Origin: an uncultured virus (IMG/VR IMGVR_UViG_2061766007_001503) | Lineage: Duplodnaviria > Heunggongvirae > Uroviricota > Caudoviricetes | Reading direction: 5' to 3' (one strand) | Length of the DNA stretch: 39,532 bases | IMG/VR virus record: IMGVR_UViG_2061766007_001503 | In this document: in pieces, positions 32,070 through 39,532 of the stretch | Numbering within the stretch: the stretch's first letter is position 1 | How the letters are laid out: every line of letters begins with the position of its first letter | Notes under the pieces: generated by a model | The model's database searches: none | What the model saw: only the letters and a program-made list of their open reading frames with translations | Told to the model about the DNA's origin: nothing | Made by a program: the position numbers and the translations under genes

Positions 32070-32307
32070 AAANNNNNNNNNNNNNNNNNNNNNNNNNNNN
32101 NNNNNNNNNNNNNNNNNNNNNNNNNNNNNNNNNNNNNNNNNNNNNNNNNNNNNNNNNNNNNNNNNNNNNNNNNNNNNNNNNNNNNNNNNNNNNNNNNNNN
32201 NNNNNNNNNNNNNNNNNNNNNNNNNNNNNNNNNNNNNNNNNNNNNNNNNNNNNNNNNNNNNNNNNNNNNNNNNNNNNNNNNNNNNNNNNNNNNNNNNNNN
32301 NNNNNNN

Positions 32308-33567
32308 ACTTTGTCTTATAAGCAAGATGCTTGGAAAAGTTTGAATAAAGATGTTTATAGTTTTTTTAATAAGTTATCTAATCTGAGATTAACATCAAGC
32401 TATCAAAAGGGAGAAACAACTTCTTCTAATGAAAAAGTAGCTTCCGCATCTGGTAAAGTTCAAGGTCAGCATTTTCTTGAAGTTAAGAAGTTAGCTACGC
32501 AGACTTTCTTAACAGGAAGTAGAGTTGAACAAACTGAACCTGCGGGCGTCTCGGGAGCACTGACCGTGACAGTAGGTGGACAAGAGAAAGAGTTAGATAT
32601 TACTCCAGATATGTCGATGGCGGAAATTGCTAGAAAACTTACTGAAGCGGGCTTGGTGGCCAATTTTGATGAAAATAATGCGAGATTATTTATTGCATCA
32701 AAAACTACTGGTCAGCATAGTGACTTCACGATCAGCGGTGACGCTGGAGTGCTAGAGACTATCGGGCTAGGGACCGCCGCCACAAAGATGCCAGGTCAAG
32801 ATGCATCTATTTCATTAAATGGTGCTGATTTTACTTTTGATACAAACAATTTTTCAGTTAATGGAATTAATTTCTCAATTGAATCCACTGGTTCTACTGT
32901 TATAGGTCATAAAACAAATGATAAAATTACAGAAGCTATTAAATCATTGATTACTGATTATAATGCTTTAATTAAGAAGATTGATCATTCCTATAACAAT
33001 GATTCTGCAAAGGGTTATTCTCCATTAACAGATGAAGAAAAAGAAACTTTGACGGATCGGCAAATCACAGAATGGGAAGATAAACTTAAAGAAGGTGCTT
33101 TAAGTAAAGACAGAACATTAGGTGATTTAAGTACATTATTAAAAACTACAATGAGTTCTTTTTCTGTTGACGGTATGAATTTAACTTCATTAGGAATTAC
33201 TTTAGGTGGTTACTTTACCACAGAGAAAGACGAGCGTGGGGTTTATAATATTAATGATGAAAAGCTTGAGAAAGCCATTTCCGCAGATCCAGATAAAGTA
33301 ATTAATTTCTTTTCTAAATTATCATCAACATTATATGATAAGTTAAATGAAAAAATGAAGTCTTCAAGTACAAATAGTGTTTATACTGTTTATAATGATA
33401 AGCAGATTAAACAGCAATTACTTGATTATGATAAAAAGATTTCAGAATGGGAAAAGAAAATAACGAAATATGAAGATAAATATTATAGCCAGTTTGCTAA
33501 AATGGAAAAAGTTTTAGCAAAATCACAAAATCAAGCAAATTATTTAAGTAACTTTTTTGGTATTTAA
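32308..33567 (+). CDS. fliD: Flagellar filament cap protein FliD/HAP2 (first ~40 aa in gap)
   Basis: KQDAWKSLN, VKKLA, RLFIASKTTG, GQDASISLNG, NNFSVNGI, DYNALI, YSPLTDEEK..QITEWEDK.K.G.L, G..NINDEKLEKAI..DP, EDKYYSQFAKMEKVLAK..NQ..YL. Confidence 0.93.
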   Translation, partial: TLSYKQDAWKSLNKDVYSFFNKLSNLRLTSSYQKGETTSSNEKVASASGKVQGQHFLEVKKLATQTFLTGSRVEQTEPAGVSGALTVTVGGQEKELDITPDMSMAEIARKLTEAGLVANFDENNARLFIASKTTGQHSDFTISGDAGVLETIGLGTAATKMPGQDASISLNGADFTFDTNNFSVNGINFSIESTGSTVIGHKTNDKITEAIKSLITDYNALIKKIDHSYNNDSAKGYSPLTDEEKETLTDRQITEWEDKLKEGALSKDRTLGDLSTLLKTTMSSFSVDGMNLTSLGITLGGYFTTEKDERGVYNINDEKLEKAISADPDKVINFFSKLSSTLYDKLNEKMKSSSTNSVYTVYNDKQIKQQLLDYDKKISEWEKKITKYEDKYYSQFAKMEKVLAKSQNQANYLSNFFGI

Positions 33568-33572
33568 GTAAT

Positions 33573-33612
33573 AAAAAAGTGGGGAGAGCATTTCTGCTCT
33601 CCCCTTTCTTTT
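33573..33612. terminator. Bidirectional intrinsic terminator between convergent fliD and DUF2828 genes
   Basis: A-tract, GGGGAGAGCA-tttc-TGCTCTCCCC, T-tract. Confidence 0.85.
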
Positions 33613-33614
33613 GT

Positions 33615-35094
33615 TTAACAACAAACAACAACATCGTATCTATCCTTCATCAGGGTTTCTAACATCAGATCAATGCCGTTCTTGCCTGTGATAATTGACT
33701 CAAAAATGGAAGGTGACATTCCAGATACAAAACTTACAGAGTCGCCTCTATCAAGAATTGTGTTATTTCTGGCGTTGACATTCCAATACACAAGTCTAGG
33801 TAACTTATGTCCATGGGCTGCCCATTTTTCTCTCATCTTTTCCATCTCAGTTTCAGCATGAATACCCCAATCCCCGCCGTGGCTCATAGCATCAATTTCC
33901 ATATCGGAAATGACAACAATGGTCTCGGGAATGTCGGTTTCTTTTGTGCTAGGCAGATCTGCGATTGCCAGAAGTAAATCAAAGGTTTTGGTTAAATCAG
34001 TATTTTCACACAGGTTAGTGCGATAAATGCGACGAACTGCATCAACAAAATCAATACCTTTGATTTCAACCAACTTCGGGTAACGACTAAAGCTGATATA
34101 GTGGTTCTTAAAAGGACCTCCTGCCTTGCTTGCTGCATACATACCAAGAGAAATAGCAACATCAATAGGAGCAACATTACCATTTCCGTTCCAGGTCATA
34201 GATCCGGAAGTATCTACTACGCAAAGCATATTAGACTGCTTACCATCGAAATAATCGGGAAGATTATTCCAATACTTTTCAATCATAGCGTGGTCAACGC
34301 TAGAATTATTAGCATAGCGAGCCTTTGCAACAATTTCATAAGGATAAAGAGTTTTTGCATTTACCTTAGAATTTTCATCTTTAGCAAATGCTTCATACTT
34401 TCTCTTGATAATATCCCTACGAGCAAAAGCATTTTTATAGATAAGTCCTGCCTTAGAGGGGATCTTATCGAACTCAATTTCATCCCAACGGTTCTCGGAC
34501 ATGAGCTTTTCTACAATGTTAATGCGGCTGCGCAGCTCAGAGAGGATCTTGCGATACTCTTTGTGCGTAAGACCAAGATGCGTTCTAATAACATTACCCA
34601 TAGCCTGAGTATGTCTAGAAGAAGCATTCTCAGAAGGAAGCCACTTTGCGAGTAAAGAAGGAGTCTTGCACTCAAGATCAAGAGCAAGTTGACCTGCGAT
34701 AACCGCAAAAATAGTTTCATCAACATCTTTATTATATCCGAGAGCGCTATAGATTAAATCGTCCCAGCGTCCAAAGAATGGTACATTACCGAGATTTTTA
34801 ATTGCAATTTCAGGGTAATTTTTTACAAGCCAACTAAAGCAGACTCTAAAGAATCTGCGCTCTCCCTGCCCACCTCTAGCATCACGAAGGTAAAAAAGGC
34901 ATCTTAAAGCAAGCTCTGGATTTTCCTCAAAAGCATTCTTAAAAAGAAGAATACAATCTTCGTCCGAGCGTTGTCTATAAGCACCTCCAAAAGCAAACAT
35001 ATCATAAACATCAGAGAGGGTACTACGAAGCGCAACTCCGCCATTCTCTGTCTGCTTANNNNNNNNNNNNNNNNNNNNNNNNCATATTATTCAT
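33615..35094 (-). CDS. DUF2828-family TROVE/Ro60-like protein with C-terminal vWA domain
   Basis: Upstream extension TENGG..RST; RDARGGQGERRFF, GRWDDL, AKWLPSE, VVDTSGSM (MIDAS), VISDMEID, VYWNV, VSGMSP. Probable ATG at 35094 behind an AAGGAG RBS. Confidence 0.88.
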
Positions 35095-35291
35095 TTCCTT
35101 TTTCTCCTTTTAAACTGAAAAGTTTAGGTCATTTTCATAACCAAAAAATAAATGTTGCGGAAATGCATAATTACCAATAATTAAAAAATCTTNNNNNNNN
35201 NNNNNNNNNNNNNNNNNNNNNNNNNNNNNNNNNNNNNNNNNNNNNNNNNNNNNNNNNNNNNNNNNNNNNNNCCCAACCGGAGGGACCGGAG

Positions 35292-35364
35292 AGCCGCTAG
35301 AGGGACTTGAACCCCCAACCCTCTGATTACAAATCAGATGCACTACCAATTGTGCTATAACGGC
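35292..35364 (-). tRNA. tRNA-Thr(UGU), CCA not encoded
   Basis: Cloverleaf: acceptor GCCGTTA/TAGCGGC, anticodon arm TCTGA-TTTGTAA-TCAGA, T-loop TTCAAGT. Confidence 0.93.
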
Positions 35365-35375
35365 CTAGACCAAGA

Positions 35376-35723
35376 TTACTCTTGGCTATTTTTCTTATTT
35401 GCTTTTTTCTTTTCTTCTTCTGCTCTACGCTTACTAATTGCCTTAGCCTTTTCTACAAGAGCAGGATTAGTGCATCTTTTATTACTAACTGCGTCAAGAA
35501 GATGATCCTCCTCTGCAATCATAGCGTCATACATCTGCTGATGTCTAGTCTTAATATTTTCTAAAGAAATAGACTCAGTTTTCCTAATCAAATTATTAAA
35601 TCTCGTAATTCTACGATCAAATTCTCTTTCACTTTCCTGTGAAGTTGTCACATTACAATTAAAGATATTGATAATATCAGAATCCTTGCTATCTACTGTA
35701 ACATTGTGCCAATTTTTTGCCAT
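35376..35723 (-). CDS. Hypothetical basic protein
   Basis: Ungapped 115-aa ORF with AAGGA RBS and an upstream TGTTATAAT -10 at about 35753-35761. Confidence 0.65.
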   Translation of the reverse strand: MAKNWHNVTVDSKDSDIINIFNCNVTTSQESEREFDRRITRFNNLIRKTESISLENIKTRHQQMYDAMIAEEDHLLDAVSNKRCTNPALVEKAKAISKRRAEEEKKKANKKNSQE

Positions 35724-35779
35724 ATATTTTTCCTTTCATACTTTATATAAATATTATAACAAAAATTTTNNNNNNNNNN

Positions 35780-36123
35780 NNNNNNNNNNNNNNNNNNNNN
35801 NNNNNNNNNNNNNNNNNNNNNNNNNNNNNNNNNNNNNCAATAGTGTTTTTTAAAGTGTTCTCTCACTTTTCGAGCTTTTTCTACTTCCACCATCAAATTT
35901 TGAGAAAATTTGAAAAACAAACATCTTTTATTTAATAAAACTAAGCATTGACCAGATGTAAGGGTATTACTTAGAGTCCACTAAACTCAGGCTGCGCAAG
36001 CAACGCGAGTAGGGAATTTAACAATTTTTTTGTCGTTTCAATTTATAAGGTGGTTGCATGACGCGCATACCATTTCGTGCGAATTGAAATTTTTCAAACC
36101 CCAATCGAAACCATGACGCCCCC
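35780..36123 (-). ncRNA. ssrA: tmRNA; 3' tRNA-like end falls in gap 35770-35837, so the left coordinate is approximate
   Basis: 5' end GGGGGCGTCATGGTTTCGATTGGGG is typical of tmRNA. Tag frame 36034-35987 encodes (A)DKKIVKFPTRVACAA*. 286 visible nt plus the 68-N gap fits the usual ~350 nt. Confidence 0.85.
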
Positions 36124-36228
36124 GAAAATGGTGTTTTAGATGTTATCGCCTCATCAATCAACCTTTAGAAGACCAGGTTCAGCAAATGCGCAATAATTTG
36201 CTGCGGTCTATTGCGCTCTATTGGTCGA

Positions 36229-36302
36229 TCGGGAAGACGGGACTTGAACCCGTAGTCTCCGGTTTATAAGACCGATGCGCTAACCTATTGCGCCACTTCC
36301 CA
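36229..36302 (-). tRNA. tRNA-Ile(UAU), CCA not encoded
   Basis: Acceptor TGGGAAG/CTTCCCG, D-arm GCGC/GCGC, anticodon arm TCGGT-CTTATAA-ACCGG, T-arm ACGGG-TTCAAGT-CCCGT. Confidence 0.88.
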
Positions 36303-36309
36303 ATATATC

Positions 36310-36380
36310 CAGCGGATGTAGGGATCGAACCTACACACTATGAGTCAAAGTCATATATCCTACCATTAGATTAATCCGCT
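36310..36380 (-). tRNA. tRNA-Gln(UUG), CCA not encoded
   Basis: Acceptor AGCGGAT/ATCCGCT, anticodon arm TATGA-CTTTGAC-TCATA, T-arm GTAGG-TTCGATC-CCTAC. Confidence 0.9.
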
Positions 36381-36389
36381 ATAAGCGCT

Positions 36390-37038
36390 TTAAAGGAGCG
36401 CCCATTCTTCATCTGAATAAGAATTTATTTCTTTTTTAGTTCGTGGTAAATTAAATTTATCACACCATTTACGAATTGCATTATCGCTTATTTTAAATTG
36501 TTCTCCTATTGTTGTAAAGGGCATCGTTCTAATTAATTGTTTTAATTCTTCTCTTGTAACAGGCATTTCATTTAATGGAATTATTCTAGCCTTAATTGCA
36601 CAATCATTACACCTAATAGCATTTGAACTTATTTCTTTACCACAATCTGAACAATAATATNNNNNNNNNNNNNNNNNNNNNNNNNNNNNACCCAACGAAG
36701 ATTTTCTAATCTATCATCATTATTTATACCATTAATATGATCTAATATTAATGTTAATTCTTTATTTTGCCATATTGGTAATTGTTTACAAATTGAACAT
36801 TNNNNNNNNNNNNNNNNNNNNNNNNNNNNNNNNNNNNNNNNNNNNNNNGTTGAATTTTCAATAAAAATATTATTCTCTACTCTTTTTACAGGAGTTTGAT
36901 GTGTAAAATGAGCTATTGAAATTTGATATTTTTGTAATCTAGAATGAACTGTATGACTATTGCTTCCTGAGTGTGTAGCATATCCTAATTTATCTATAAC
37001 TTCATTCATAGATTTGGATTGTTGAACAATTTGCCTTA
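36390..37038 (-). CDS. HNH homing endonuclease with Zn-ribbon and HTH tail (spans gaps)
   Basis: CSIC....WQNKELTLILDHINGINNDDRLENLRW, then CSDCGKEIS..A.RCNDC and IGEQFKISDNAIRKWC. Confidence 0.85.
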
Positions 37039-37899
37039 NNNNNNNNNNNNNNNNNNNNNNNNNNNNNNNNNNNNNNNNNNNNNNNNNNNNNNNNNNNNNN
37101 NNNNNNNNNNNNNNNNNNNNNNNNNNNNNNNNNNNNNNNNNNNNNNNNNNNNNNNNNNNNNNNNNNNNNNNNNNNNNNNNNNNNNNNNNNNNNNNNNNNN
37201 NNNNNNNNNNNNNNNNNNNNNNNNNNNNNNNNNNNNNNNNNNNNNNNNNNNNNNNNNNNNNNNNNNNNNNNNNNNNNNNNNNNNNNNNNNNNNNNNNNNN
37301 NNNNNNNNNNNNNNNNNNNNNNNNNNNNNNNNNNNNNNNNNNNNNNNNNNNNNNNNNNNNNNNNNNNNNNNNNNNNNNNNNNNNNNNNNNNNNNNNNNNN
37401 NNNNNNNNNNNNNNNNNNNNNNNNNNNNNNNNNNNNNNNNNNNNNNNNNNNNNNNNNNNNNNNNNNNNNNNNNNNNNNNNNNNNNNNNNNNNNNNNNNNN
37501 NNNNNNNNNNNNNNNNNNNNNNNNNNNNNNNNNNNNNNNNNNNNNNNNNNNNNNNNNNNNNNNNNNNNNNNNNNNNNNNNNNNNNNNNNNNNNNNNNNNN
37601 NNNNNNNNNNNNNNNNNNNNNNNNNNNNNNNNNNNNNNNNNNNNNNNNNNNNNNNNNNNNNNNNNNNNNNNNNNNNNNNNNNNNNNNNNNNNNNNNNNNN
37701 NNNNNNNNNNNNNNNNNNNNNNNNNNNNNNNNNNNNNNNNNNNNNNNNNNNNNNNNNNNNNNNNNNNNNNNNNNNNNNNNNNNNNNNNNNNNNNNNNNNN
37801 NNNNNNNNNNNNNNNNNNNNNNNNNNNNNNNNNNNNNNNNNNNNNNNNNNNNNNNNNNNNNNNNNNNNNNNNNNNNNNNNNNNNNNNNNNNNNNNNNNN

Positions 37900-39510
37900 T
37901 TAAAGAATTAAGAGGGCTACATTCTGAAAATATAATGGGTTTATTTAATTTTCGGCAATTTGAAAATATCCAGGTTCCATATTCTATGTAAGTAGTTAAA
38001 AAATTAACCGATTGGTCAAAATTATAACAACTGTGAAACATTTCTGATATAGAATTAAGATAAGCATAATCTAAATNNNNNNNNNNNNNNNNNNNNNNNN
38101 NNNNNNNNNNNNNNNNNNNNNNNNNNNNNNNNNNNNNNNNNNNNNNNNNNNNNNNNNNNNNNNNNNNNNNNNNNNNNNNNNNNNNNNCTAAATTAATTGG
38201 TTGATTAAAATTACTTAAATTAGAAAAAACATTTTCTGCATTTTTAATATTGGAATAAGTTAAATCAATTAAACCATTAAATAAATATTTAGATAAATAA
38301 TATGAAGGAAAAGTATTTATCATATTATTAATTGTTGAATATGAAAAATTAATANNNNNNNNNNNNNNNNNNNNNNNNNNNNNNNNNNNNNNNNNNNNNN
38401 NNNNNNNNNNNNNNNNNNNNNNNNNNNNNNNNNNNNNNNNNNNNNNNNNNNNNNNNNNNNNNNNNNNNNNNNNNNNNNNNNNNNNNNNNNNNNNNNNNNN
38501 NNNNNNNNNNNNNNNNNNNNNNNNNNNNNNNNNNNNNNNNNNNNNNNNNNNNNNNNNNNNNNNNNNNNNNNNNNNNNNNNNNNNNNNNNNNNNNNNNNNN
38601 NNNNNNNNNNNNNNNNNNNNNNNNNNNNNNNNNNNNNNNNNNNNNNNNNNNNNNNNNNNNNNNNNNNNNNNNNNNNNNNNNNNNNNNNNNNNNNNNNNNN
38701 NNNNNNNNNNNNNNNNNNNNNNNNNNNNNNNNNNNNNNNNNNNNNNNNNNNNNNNNNNNNNNNNNNNNNNNNNNNNNNNNNNNNNNNNNNNNNNNNNNNN
38801 NNNNNNNNNNNNNNNNNNNNNNNNNNNNNNNNNNNNNNNNNNNNNNNNNNNNNNNNNNNNNNNNNNNNNNNNNNNNNNNNNNNNNNNNNNNNNNNNNNNN
38901 NNNNNNNNNNNNNNNNNNNNNNNNNNNNNNNNNNNNNNNNNNNNNNNNNNNNNNNNNNNNNNNNNNNNNNNNNNNNNNNNNNNNNNNNNNNNNATATAAA
39001 TTAGCATATTTCATATTTAAATCTATTAATGGGGTAATTTTTTCTGTCGCAGATAGTCGTAAAAATGAAGATGCCTCTCGACAAGAAAAGTTATATAAAT
39101 TTATATTTGGATCTAAATCATAGCAACCAAAAAACATACTATCAGCACGATCAAATGTTAAATTAATAAGATTTATATTTTGCAATCCAGTATTTGAAAA
39201 CATACCTACCGGATTATTAANNNNNNNNNNNNAAATCACTTCTATTATTAAATAACCAATCTGCATAATTAATAGTTGTATTATTAAAAATAACAGTACA
39301 GTTTTCTATATTATATTTATGATTTTCACAAAATTGTTCCATATGCTCAATGGTGCAATTAGTAAGATTTATAATAGATCCATCTAAGAAATTAATAGAA
39401 AACATATTATTAAACCAATTTACATTAGCATTTGAAAAATTATATTCAAAACTTTGAACATTTCCAAGAGCAAAATTATAAAGAATATAACTATTTGACA
39501 TATTAATCAA
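37900..39510 (-). CDS. Fragments of a large BspA/DUF285-like leucine-rich-repeat protein
   Basis: Repeated MF..C.NF.Q.(I/V) units: MFHSCYNFDQSV, IFSNCRKLNKPI, FSNLSNFNQPI, MFFGCYDLDPNI. Extremely AT-rich and mostly gap. Confidence 0.6.
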
Positions 39511-39532
39511 TGAGAAATAATAATTATTTTCT

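Noticed and set aside
35110..35349. 79-aa ORF MVVHLICNQRVGGSSPSSG
   Set aside because: It is a translation of the tRNA-Thr gene.
35693..35920. Short ORFs over this interval
   Set aside because: They overlap the tmRNA body and a gap.
36629..39007. 792-aa ORF fusing LRR repeats to HNH
   Set aside because: Mostly X; an artefact of reading through long N-runs. The other X-rich ORFs were rejected for the same reason.
1..39532. Stop-codon reassignment as seen in some large gut phages
   Set aside because: Long genes are open in the standard code, and TAG (3743, 7459), TGA and TAA all end genes at plausible C-termini; no suppressor tRNA seen.
1..39532. CRISPR array, integrase/att site, IS element, intron or intein
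   Set aside because: None recognised in the visible sequence, though the many N-gaps could hide them.
1..39532. Ordinary bacterial chromosome, given gyrAB, ligA, clpP, fliC and fliD
   Set aside because: Phage-type primase/helicase/Sak4/SSB order, endolysin-holin pair, homing endonucleases, CCA-less tRNAs and lack of cellular synteny favour a large phage. No capsid or terminase gene is in the window to prove it.

Overview
AT-rich, heavily gapped scaffold whose genes are almost all on the minus strand. It reads as part of a large tailed-phage genome with a Firmicutes host; the flagellin style points to Lachnospiraceae (inference). Replication module: DnaE PHP fragment, Dda/RecD helicase, RecJ, primase, DnaB-like helicase, Sak4-like ATPase, SSB-like protein, NAD+ ligase, GyrA/GyrB and RNase HI. 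Other genes: ThyX-like, ClpP, PIN-PhoH, a holin-like/amidase lysis pair, GIY-YIG and HNH endonucleases, an RNA ligase/kinase/phosphoesterase cluster and a DUF2828 TROVE-vWA protein. RNA genes: three tRNAs (Thr-UGU, Ile-UAU, Gln-UUG) and a tmRNA absent from the ORF track (tag (A)DKKIVKFPTRVACAA*). The most striking observation is two flagellar filament genes with no other flagellar genes in the window: a minimal flagellin (15-719) and a FliD cap (about 32308-33567). FliD is joined without a gap to the DUF2828 gene and shares a terminator with it. This suggests a phage-encoded flagellar filament replacement system. Caveats: many gene ends lie in N-gaps of uncertain true size, and the flagellin is linked to the rest only across a 10-N gap. 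All family assignments are by eye from motifs; no searches were run.
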